DNA of 64,000 bases from an uncultured Archaeoglobaceae archaeon (GTDB lineage Archaea > Halobacteriota > Archaeoglobi > Archaeoglobales > Archaeoglobaceae): assembly GCA_965561205.1 (NCBI GenBank), contig CBEWZU010000001.1, positions 9,857 to 73,856 of the forward strand, read 5' to 3'. Both the position numbers and the translations under genes were made by a program. Shown here one piece after another: positions 25,816 to 33,426 of this stretch. The notes beneath the pieces were generated by a model, which did no database searches, had not been told where the DNA came from, and was given only the letters and a program-made list of their open reading frames with translations. The stretch's first letter is position 1, and each line of letters opens with the position of its first letter.

Positions 25816-27426
25816 ATGCCGACCTACACACCCAAGTTTAACTTGGAGAAACCAGATAGGGGCCAGCTCGACTGGGATCTGCCGATAAACGCAAACTTCG
25901 ACAAGCTGGATAAGGCAGTCTATCAGGCATTAAACGCTTACACAGGAGATAACGACTACGATGAGGAGCTGCCACTCCCAGACTTGCCAAACAGAGTGCT
26001 GTGGCTCTACGATTCAGCCAACAACATGTGGGTTGAGATCCATCAGGTTTACATCCCTTACTTCGTCAGCGAGGGATTCAGCCAGCCCGCCCTTAACGGA
26101 TTGCTGTTGGGAGGATTCTGGATCGACAAGTATCAGTGCTGTCACCCTCTCGCAACGAGATTCAGCAGAGGAACAAGTTCACCGAACGATCCTGGCACAG
26201 TGGCCGCTGCATCCAAGCCCCACGTTGTGCCCTGGACCGACATAAACTTCTGGAACGCAAAAAAAGCTGTCGAGAACAGGAACCTCATAACAGGAGAGAA
26301 AGCTACAGGATACGTTCTGACATACAAGACTCAAGAAATGAGCGTTACTGGCGAATCAGTAGGAACTGGCGATGGCTCGACAAAAGAATTCTTGCTGGAC
26401 TTCTATCCCGTGAAGTCTGGATCCTTAACAGTCTATGTTGATGGAGTCGCAAAAACAGAGGGGACAGACTACACTGTGGACTACAACACTGGCAAGATAA
26501 CATTCACGACAGCTCCAGCAGATGGAGCATCAATCACAGCAGATTACATCTACTACAAGGGCAGCAACTCAGAGTTCTACGTGCAATCAATCGAGCATCT
26601 TGTTGGCAGAATTGTCAGGATCGTGCAGAATGGAGTAACGTACCACAGAAGAGTCATCAAGCAAGGAATCGACACATCGTCTGATTCCCTCGGTGCGAGG
26701 TACATCAAAGTGTTCCCGCCCCTTCCAGCGGAGATTAGAGGAAGCGGAGAGAATACTGTCAGAACTGAATCGCAGAGCTACGAAATCGTTGGCCATCACC
26801 TCGTGACAGCGTACGAGTGGTTCAGCGTTGCAGCTTGGGCTGTCAAATACCGCTACCGCTTTGGCTTCGGCTTCCCCAAGGGTAACAACAATTGGGGCAA
26901 GGATTATAGGGATCCGAGAGAACAGAGATACGAAGGAATTCCAGATCCTGTCAGACCTGGCTACAATGGCAACGACATAGCAAGAGTTCTCACTGGCAGC
27001 GGGCCTCTCAGCTGGAGCTTGAATGGCAGAAGGAGTGGAGTATGGGACCTCAATGGCAATGTCTGGGAATGGGTTGACTTGCTCATAGGCAGCGAAACGG
27101 ACTTCGTAATATCGAAGGGTTATCCGGGAGAAGGACATCAGTTGCCAACAACTGGCACGACATCGGGAGCTTCGATGTGGGTTGCGGAGCTCGAGGATTC
27201 CTCGCAAGAACTTGCAGAGCTCGCAATTCCTAAAACGCTGAGTTCTACGCCCAATCCAGAGCTCGATGACGTGCGCTACTGGCTCGACGAGACTCGTACA
27301 GGAGAACGTGCGGCTCTCCGGGGTGGGTTTTGGGACGATGGCTCGCGCGCCGGTGTCTTCTCGCTGTCCCTCACCGACGCCCCCTCGATCACGTACAGCC
27401 ACGTGGGCTTCCGCGGCGCCTTCTGA
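25816..27426 (+). CDS. DGR target: tail fibre / receptor-binding protein with FGE-type C-type-lectin (CLec) fold
   Basis: N-terminal fibre attachment motif TPKFNLEKP...DWDLPINANFDKLD; FWIDKYQ, DLNGNVWEW, RGGxW...VGFR CLec motifs; VR at the C-terminus. Confidence 0.92.
   Translation: MPTYTPKFNLEKPDRGQLDWDLPINANFDKLDKAVYQALNAYTGDNDYDEELPLPDLPNRVLWLYDSANNMWVEIHQVYIPYFVSEGFSQPALNGLLLGGFWIDKYQCCHPLATRFSRGTSSPNDPGTVAAASKPHVVPWTDINFWNAKKAVENRNLITGEKATGYVLTYKTQEMSVTGESVGTGDGSTKEFLLDFYPVKSGSLTVYVDGVAKTEGTDYTVDYNTGKITFTTAPADGASITADYIYYKGSNSEFYVQSIEHLVGRIVRIVQNGVTYHRRVIKQGIDTSSDSLGARYIKVFPPLPAEIRGSGENTVRTESQSYEIVGHHLVTAYEWFSVAAWAVKYRYRFGFGFPKGNNNWGKDYRDPREQRYEGIPDPVRPGYNGNDIARVLTGSGPLSWSLNGRRSGVWDLNGNVWEWVDLLIGSETDFVISKGYPGEGHQLPTTGTTSGASMWVAELEDSSQELAELAIPKTLSSTPNPELDDVRYWLDETRTGERAALRGGFWDDGSRAGVFSLSLTDAPSITYSHVGFRGAF
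27307..27420 (+). repeat. DGR variable repeat (VR), 114 bp
   Basis: Aligns without gaps to 27879-27992; 16 mismatches, 12 opposite TR adenines. Confidence 0.96.
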
Positions 27427-27480
27427 AAATCTGGAGGTCGGGGAGGTCTGGTAAAAAGCTGGCTCTGGAGGTCTGGGAAT

Positions 27481-27831
27481 CTGGCGAGCGAAAAACACGA
27501 GAAACTCAAGATCTACAAGAAAGCCTACGACCTCACACTCTATCTTTTTCCTCTTTCAGAGAAGTTCCCGAAGCCTCAGCAGCATAACGGGCTTGCAAGC
27601 GAGTTGCGCAGAACATTGCTCGACATGCTGACAAAGATCGTCGAGGCGAATAACAGCAAGAGCGTTATTGCTCATGAGGAAATCGATATGGCAATTGAGA
27701 AGCTCAAGATCATCTTGAGACTCTCTAAGGATCTCAAGTATATCAGCATCAAGCAATACGAGCACGCCTCAAAGATGCTGATCGAGATAGGGAAAATGAA
27801 CGGTGGCTGGCTCAAAGCGAACACATCATGA
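27481..27831 (+). CDS. avd: DGR accessory variability determinant (four-helix bundle), 116 aa, probable CTG start
   Basis: LKIYKKAYDL...KFPK...LRLSKDLKYIS...EIGKMNGGWLK; no ATG/GTG/TTG before 27604; SD GGAGGT 8 nt before CTG27481. Confidence 0.88.
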   Translation: MASEKHEKLKIYKKAYDLTLYLFPLSEKFPKPQQHNGLASELRRTLLDMLTKIVEANNSKSVIAHEEIDMAIEKLKIILRLSKDLKYISIKQYEHASKMLIEIGKMNGGWLKANTS

Positions 27832-27878
27832 GTCATGGTCATCCGTGGCGGGATGATGCGGGCCGGGCTCGTTTATCC

Positions 27879-27992
27879 CGTGCGGCTTTCCGGGGTGGGA
27901 ATTGGGATTGTGGCTCGAACGCCGGTGTCTTCTCGCTGAACCTCAACAACGCCCCCTCGATCACGAACAACAACGTGGGCTTCCGCGGCGCA
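27879..27992 (+). repeat. DGR template repeat (TR), 114 bp
   Basis: Eight AAC/AAT codons at the positions that differ in VR; lies between avd and RT. Confidence 0.96.
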
Positions 27993-28160
27993 ATATCGTC
28001 GTGGATATAGGTGAGGTGACCACGGTTGCCTCACTGTCCAACGACGATACAGAGCCTGGTCCCCGCCGCTGTCTGGAAACGGGCAGCGAAAAACAAAACA
28101 GGCGGGGCGGAGTTAGTAGGTTCCCGAAAGCTCTGCCCCGTCAAGCCCCTCTTATGAGGG
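27993..28160 (+). ncRNA. Structured DGR spacer RNA between TR and RT
   Basis: Stems 27994-28005/28037-28049, 28011-28020/28025-28034, 28067-28075/28080-28088 (GAAA loop), 28104-28113/28130-28139, 28147-28151/28156-28160; several G-U pairs. Confidence 0.7.
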
Positions 28161-28166
28161 ACCCGC

Positions 28167-29204
28167 TTGAAAACGTATGACAATCTCTTCGAGATTGTTT
28201 GCTCTTTTGAACATCTTCTCCGATCATTTTACCTCTGCCGTAGAGGTAAAACCTACCGCATCTACGCTCTTGAGTTTGAGGCGAATCTCGAGGAGAACCT
28301 GTTCAGGCTCCAGGAAGAACTTCGTACTGGAACATGGGAGCCGCAGGGCTATACAACTTTCTACATTTATGATCCTAAAAAGCGTTTAATCAACGCCCCA
28401 ACCTTCCGTGACCGCATCGTTCACAGAGCTGTTCATGATGTTATCGAACCGATATGGGAGCCGATCTTCATCTACGATTCTTACGCATGCAGGAAGGGCA
28501 AGGGAACGCATAAGGGTGTGGACAGATTAACAAGATTTCTGAGGTCATATCCACCAAAACAGAAGGTTTACTGCTTTAAAGCCGACATAGAGAGCTATTT
28601 TGCAAGCGTAGATCACGAAGTTCTGTTCAAAATCCTCAAGAGAAAGATCGTGGATAAGGACTTGCTTTCTGTCATCTGGAAGATCATCGACAGCTACCAC
28701 GAGGAGGGAAAGCCAGGTGTCGGCATCCCTCTCGGCAATCTAACCTCTCAGCTCTTTGCCAACATCGTTCTCAACGAGCTCGATTACTTCATCAAGCACG
28801 AGTTGAGGGTTAAGCATTACATTCGCTACATGGATGACTTCGTGATGCTTCATCCAGACAAAAAGCAACTTTGGGCTTGGAGGGATGAGATAGCTCAATT
28901 CTTGAAGAAGCTCAAGCTAAGGTTGCATCCAAAGAAACAAATCGTTTTTCCAGCAAGCAAGGGAATTGATTTCTTGGGCTACATAGTTTTTAGAGACCAT
29001 CGAAGGGTTAGGAGAAGGAATGTCCATCGATTTTATCAGCGCCTCAAGAAAATAGCTAATGGAACCTTCGACAAAGATCCAGAGCAATCGATTATGTCCT
29101 GGATGGGCTACACTATCCACGCGGATGCGTACGGACTAAACAGGAGCATCGCTAAAAAATACCCGATTCTTGAAAGCGGGCTGAAAAAGTTTTATCCGGT
29201 TTAG
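28167..29204 (+). CDS. DGR reverse transcriptase
   Basis: PTFRDRIVHRA, YACRKGKGTH, KADIESYFASVDH, GIPLGNLTSQLFANIVL and YIRYMDDF motifs; 345 aa, no maturase or nuclease tail. Confidence 0.97.
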   Translation: MKTYDNLFEIVCSFEHLLRSFYLCRRGKTYRIYALEFEANLEENLFRLQEELRTGTWEPQGYTTFYIYDPKKRLINAPTFRDRIVHRAVHDVIEPIWEPIFIYDSYACRKGKGTHKGVDRLTRFLRSYPPKQKVYCFKADIESYFASVDHEVLFKILKRKIVDKDLLSVIWKIIDSYHEEGKPGVGIPLGNLTSQLFANIVLNELDYFIKHELRVKHYIRYMDDFVMLHPDKKQLWAWRDEIAQFLKKLKLRLHPKKQIVFPASKGIDFLGYIVFRDHRRVRRRNVHRFYQRLKKIANGTFDKDPEQSIMSWMGYTIHADAYGLNRSIAKKYPILESGLKKFYPV

Positions 29205-30019
29205 CCTAAAATCCTAAAATCTCTCCAATACTTGTCGTAAATTTTTTTCAGCTCTTCTTCATCTTGGAAGTCGTAATAGCTGAGATCGACGTCTCCTCTC
29301 AAGCCGTGACCCATCAGGATCTTCTTCACAGCTGTAGGCATCCCCAAACGGTCTGACTGCTGAGAGAAGAATTTTCGCATGTGTTTGATCCTTAAATTCG
29401 TGTTAAGCTTCTCAAAATGATAGAGAATTGACTTTTTCGAGAATAGGGGCGACTTCGGATTTGTGTGGAGATATTCGACGAGATAATCACAGGCTTCTTC
29501 AGAGAAGAATGTAACCCGATCCTCGTAGTCTTTGGCAATCTCTGCTCTGACATGGATAATTCTGTTCTCAACATCAATATCTTTCAAACGAAGCTTATAC
29601 AGTTCCTCCGCTCTTAAACCAGATGTTGCAGATAATAAAATTGCACCCCTTAATTTCGACTTGTAAGGTTCATCGAGTTTTTCATCAATTTCGTCAATCA
29701 ATTCTCGAATTCGAGCCGCTTTAATAATAGTCTCTCTCCGTTTTGGTATTCTTGGCAATTCGATTTTATCCGCTAACGGATGATTGATGAACTTAAGAAA
29801 AGCTCTGATGTAAATAATGAGGCGACGAGCATATCTTGGTGCGTATTTCTGTTTTAATTGGTTTATATAAATTATGACGTTTTTATCATCAAGATTGCTA
29901 TTTAAGTTTATTATAAAATCGTAAACGGTGTTTTTGTATCTTCGCTTTTCATCGTTAATGATGTCTTTTAGGTCAATTAGTTTACAGAACTCGTAATAAT
30001 AATCCAGAACCGAGTTACA
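29201..30019 (-). CDS. int: Tyrosine integrase, catalytic part; frame runs into the tRNA (probable intC fragment)
   Basis: SGLRAEE, AKD, HMRK, MGH and YY catalytic residues; no canonical start near the tRNA. Confidence 0.9.
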   Translation of the reverse strand, partial: CNSVLDYYYEFCKLIDLKDIINDEKRRYKNTVYDFIINLNSNLDDKNVIIYINQLKQKYAPRYARRLIIYIRAFLKFINHPLADKIELPRIPKRRETIIKAARIRELIDEIDEKLDEPYKSKLRGAILLSATSGLRAEELYKLRLKDIDVENRIIHVRAEIAKDYEDRVTFFSEEACDYLVEYLHTNPKSPLFSKKSILYHFEKLNTNLRIKHMRKFFSQQSDRLGMPTAVKKILMGHGLRGDVDLSYYDFQDEEELKKIYDKYWRDFRILG

Positions 30020-30103
30020 TGCGGGGGGAGGGATTTGAACCCTCGAACCCCTACGGGACGGGACCCTCAATCCCGCGCCTTTTCCTGACTCGGCAACCCC
30101 CGC
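30020..30103 (-). tRNA. trnL: Host tRNA-Leu(GAG), integration site (right attachment site)
   Basis: GCGGGGGTTGCCGAGTCAGGAAAAGGCGCGGGATTGAGGGTCCCGT...GGTTCAAATCCCTCCCCCCGCA; long variable arm; no encoded CCA. Confidence 0.96.
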
Positions 30104-30186
30104 TCTGAAAATTGTCAAAATCAAGATTTATTACATTTGCGGTTTCAATACCTAAATTTTTTAAACGATGTTCCAATAATCTTTTT

Positions 30187-30501
30187 ATGGGGGAACACAC
30201 GATACTTGCTATCGGTTTGATTATTGGTTTGCTTTTCGGAATGACAGGAATATCAACTTTGTTTAACTTCATGAACCAAGCTCTATCAGAGACCCAACAG
30301 CAACTAACGAAAATCGGTGCCGTCTCGACTTTAGTTTTGTTTGTAATAGCTTTGATTCTAATAATAAAAATTAGAATAATTTCGTCTCTGATAGTAGGAG
30401 CGATAATCGGGGCGATTATCAACACAATACTTGAAATGAATGGAATACATATAACAAACATAATATTTTCTGTGATTCTGAAAAATCTTGGACTGGCATA
30501 A
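30187..30501 (+). CDS. Small membrane protein
   Basis: Three hydrophobic helices; start moved to ATG30187. Confidence 0.65.
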   Translation: MGEHTILAIGLIIGLLFGMTGISTLFNFMNQALSETQQQLTKIGAVSTLVLFVIALILIIKIRIISSLIVGAIIGAIINTILEMNGIHITNIIFSVILKNLGLA

Positions 30502-30532
30502 ATTTTTTAATTTTTAATGCATTTCTCGATCT

Positions 30533-31525
30533 ATGAAAGCGATAATAATGGCAGGTGGCTATGCTACAAGGTTATGGCCTATCACCAGAACAAAAGCTAA
30601 ACCCCTTCTGCCTCTTGGAAAGAAAAAGATAATCGATCATATATATGAAAAAATCAAACATTTCGGTTTTGAGATCGTAGTTTCAACAAATCTCAGATTT
30701 AAGGATGATTTCGAAAAATGGGCTGAGGATAAGGATGTCGAACTCGTTATAGAAAATACTACAAAAGAGGAGGAGAAGTTGGGAGCTGTAAGAGCTTTAT
30801 ATGAAGTCTCAAAGGACATTGATGACGATATCCTTGTGCTAGCTGGAGACAATGTCTTCTCTTTTGGTCTTGAAAAGTTTATTGAAAAATTCAAAGAGAA
30901 AAAGCCGCTGATAGCACTATACGATGTAGGTGACTTCGATCTTGCGAGGAGATACGGAATTGCCCAGCTTAACGGTGACAAAATCGTATCCTTTGAGGAA
31001 AAACCCGAAAAACCGAAATCTACGTTAGCAGGTATCGGTATCTACGCCTTGGACTACGATACGAAAGAAATGCTTGGTGATTACGTTAGGGGAGAGAAGA
31101 AGGATAATCTTGGTGATTTCATCAGTTGGCTGATTAGTAGGAAAAACGTTTACGGATTTGTTTTTGAAGGAAACTGGCACGATGTTGGAAATCCCGACAG
31201 TTACCTTGAGGCGTTTAAGATCTACCTGTCCAATTACATAAGCGACGATGTGAGGATTGACAAAACTTCAAAGATTATCGAGCCCGTCGTCATCGAGAAT
31301 AACGTCGAGATAAGGAAAAGGAGCATAATCGGTCCATACGCATACATCGGGAAGGATTGCGTAATCGAGTCCTCGGACATAAGCGACTCGGTAATATTCG
31401 ATTCGGTTATTCTGAAAAAAGTTAAGCTGTGGAGAAGTATTGTGGACGAAAAATGCGAGATAAGAAATCTTGAGCTAAGCAGCTCGATAATAGGAGGTCA
31501 CGCCAAAATCCAAAGGGGAGAATGA
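30533..31525 (+). CDS. Sugar-phosphate nucleotidyltransferase (NDP-sugar synthase)
   Basis: MAGGYATRLWP...KPLLP, EEKP, WHDVG; C-terminal hexapeptide repeats. Confidence 0.92.
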   Translation: MKAIIMAGGYATRLWPITRTKAKPLLPLGKKKIIDHIYEKIKHFGFEIVVSTNLRFKDDFEKWAEDKDVELVIENTTKEEEKLGAVRALYEVSKDIDDDILVLAGDNVFSFGLEKFIEKFKEKKPLIALYDVGDFDLARRYGIAQLNGDKIVSFEEKPEKPKSTLAGIGIYALDYDTKEMLGDYVRGEKKDNLGDFISWLISRKNVYGFVFEGNWHDVGNPDSYLEAFKIYLSNYISDDVRIDKTSKIIEPVVIENNVEIRKRSIIGPYAYIGKDCVIESSDISDSVIFDSVILKKVKLWRSIVDEKCEIRNLELSSSIIGGHAKIQRGE

Positions 31526-33108
31526 TTGCGATCCTCGATGGATACGTTGACGAACCCTCTTGTTTGGGTGTTCCTCCCTATATAGCACCCTATCCGAGAT
31601 ATATAGCGGGAATGCTCGAAGATCTTAAAATCAAATGGATATACGTCACGGCGGATGAATTCAGAAAGAACCCCAAGATCCTACAAAAAGCCGATAAAAT
31701 TATCGTTATCGCCGGGATAGCCGTTCCGGGGAAGTATCTTGGAGGGAAACCGCTCTCGCTTAAAGAGTTAAAAGAGATTTACCCAGAAAAAGAGAAAATT
31801 CTCGTAGGGCCGATTACCCTTGAGATAGGGGATCTCCCAAATTACGAGGTAATTAAGTTCCCCTTTGAACACGAACTTTACGAAAGATTGGGTGGCTTTG
31901 TAAGAGACAGAACGAGGAATTTCGTTAACAGATTCTCAGTCCTCGGTGCCAAAGTCGTTAAGCAGCACCCGGATTATCCCTACGTTATCTGTGAGATCGA
32001 AACCTACAAGGGATGCTACTGGGGGAGATGCTCATTCTGCATAGAGAGAATACACAAAATCTCAATGCGGGATCCCAATGCCGTGATAAGGGAGATTAAG
32101 GCTCTTTACGATCAGGGAGTTAGATATTTCAGATTAGGGAATCAAACAGACTTTTTCACTTACATGGCTGATTTCCGTTACGAAATCCCGAAGCCCAACC
32201 CGGAATTTATGAAAAATTTCCATAAAGCGATTTGGAAGAACTGTCCCAAGATAAAAACGCTCCATTTGGATAACGTAAATCCAAAAACGATTGCCGAACA
32301 CCCCGAAGAGTGTAAGGAGATTATAAAAACGATCGTGATCTATCAGAGCCCCGGGAATATTGCAGCCTTCGGTCTTGAGAGTGCCGATGAGAGAGTGGTC
32401 AGAAAAAACAGTTTACTGGCGACACCGGATGAGGTCATGTTTGCGATCGAACTGATGAATAGATACGGAAGATACGTCGGACACAACGGTCTGCCGTGTT
32501 TCCTTCCCGGAATAAATTTCGTTTTCGGACTTAAGGGTGAGACCAAAGAGACCTTCGAGAAAAACTACGAATTTCTGCTAAATCTTATCAAAAGGGATCT
32601 GCTTGTGAGAAGGGTGAACCTACGGCAGGTAAAGGTTTTTCCATTCACGCCGATGGCTGAGATTGGAGATAAACTCGTTAGAAAGCATAAAAGATATTTC
32701 AAGAAATTCAAAGAAATGATAAGACAGAATTTCGACAGGATTATGCTTGAAAAAGTTGTTCCGAGAGGAAGACTCCTAAGAGATTTGTGGGTCGAGATAA
32801 AGGGAAAAATAAGCTTTGGAAGACAGCTCGCCACGTATCCCCTGCTCGTTGGAATCTACGGAGAGTTTGAAAGAAACACATTCGTAGATGCGAGGGTAGT
32901 TGATTACGGAATGAGAAGCGTCTCGGCAGTTCCGAGGATAGATATAAACAAGGCAAAGATCTATCAAATTGAAGCCGTTCCGGGAATCGGAAAGAAAACC
33001 GCCGGAATGATCTTGGCGTCCAAGCCCATCAATTACGAAAAATTGAAAAAAATTGTTGGGAAGAAGAAGGCAGAGATTTTAAAGGATTTCTTCATAGTTC
33101 CAACATGA
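31522..33108 (+). CDS. Radical SAM protein with C-terminal helix-hairpin-helix
   Basis: GCYWGRCSFC; AVPGIGKKTA. Confidence 0.88.
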   Translation: MIAILDGYVDEPSCLGVPPYIAPYPRYIAGMLEDLKIKWIYVTADEFRKNPKILQKADKIIVIAGIAVPGKYLGGKPLSLKELKEIYPEKEKILVGPITLEIGDLPNYEVIKFPFEHELYERLGGFVRDRTRNFVNRFSVLGAKVVKQHPDYPYVICEIETYKGCYWGRCSFCIERIHKISMRDPNAVIREIKALYDQGVRYFRLGNQTDFFTYMADFRYEIPKPNPEFMKNFHKAIWKNCPKIKTLHLDNVNPKTIAEHPEECKEIIKTIVIYQSPGNIAAFGLESADERVVRKNSLLATPDEVMFAIELMNRYGRYVGHNGLPCFLPGINFVFGLKGETKETFEKNYEFLLNLIKRDLLVRRVNLRQVKVFPFTPMAEIGDKLVRKHKRYFKKFKEMIRQNFDRIMLEKVVPRGRLLRDLWVEIKGKISFGRQLATYPLLVGIYGEFERNTFVDARVVDYGMRSVSAVPRIDINKAKIYQIEAVPGIGKKTAGMILASKPINYEKLKKIVGKKKAEILKDFFIVPT

Positions 33109-33407
33109 ACGTGAGGGAGTTTCAAAAACTTGCATCCTATATCGTCAGAGAAATTGATGAAAAGTTGGGCGTGAATAGGGATGCCCACTTATCCATCTCT
33201 CAATTACTTGAAGAACTCGGAGAACTCGCACGTGCTGTCAATTCGGAGAGGCTAAGAAACAAAGTCCCAAAAAAGAAAGAGTTAGAGGAAGAGTTCGCAG
33301 ACGTATTTCTACAGCTATCGGCTTTGGCGGATATATTCGGTGTTGATTTAGAAAAAGCGGTTTTAGACAAGATCGATGTTCTCAAGAAAAGACATGGACT
33401 AAAATAA
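33105..33407 (+). CDS. MazG-like nucleotide pyrophosphohydrolase
   Basis: LLEELGELA...EEEFADV. Confidence 0.9.
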   Translation: MNVREFQKLASYIVREIDEKLGVNRDAHLSISQLLEELGELARAVNSERLRNKVPKKKELEEEFADVFLQLSALADIFGVDLEKAVLDKIDVLKKRHGLK

Positions 33408-33426
33408 AAGGTTGTGCTGAGAGGTA

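Larger units (their letters stand above)
25816..29204 (+). mobile_element. Complete diversity-generating retroelement (target-VR, avd, TR, spacer, RT)
   Basis: VR/TR pair with adenine-biased mismatches, Avd-like ORF and DGR-type RT in one cassette. Confidence 0.96.
1..30103 (+). mobile_element. Integrated head-tail (myovirus-like) archaeal provirus, right part; left end lies outside the window
   Basis: Syntenic virion morphogenesis genes (MuF, prohead protease, capsid, sheath, tube, tape measure, baseplate J, fibre) followed by a tyrosine integrase abutting a tRNA-Leu; host housekeeping genes start right after the tRNA. Confidence 0.95.

Noticed and set aside
26587-27498. 303-aa minus-strand ORF
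   Set aside because: Shadow of the DGR target gene; no recognisable motifs
27828-28010. 60-aa ORF resembling the fibre C-terminus (second target gene?)
   Set aside because: It is the template repeat read in frame; Asn-rich at variable sites, no upstream domain, no SD
28167-29204. Group II intron, retron or Abi-type RT
   Set aside because: No maturase/endonuclease domain or intron domains V/VI; the avd and TR/VR context is decisive for a DGR
30020-30124. Integrase N-terminus as called by the ORF track
   Set aside because: These codons are the tRNA-Leu gene; treated as att read-through, not a normal N-terminus
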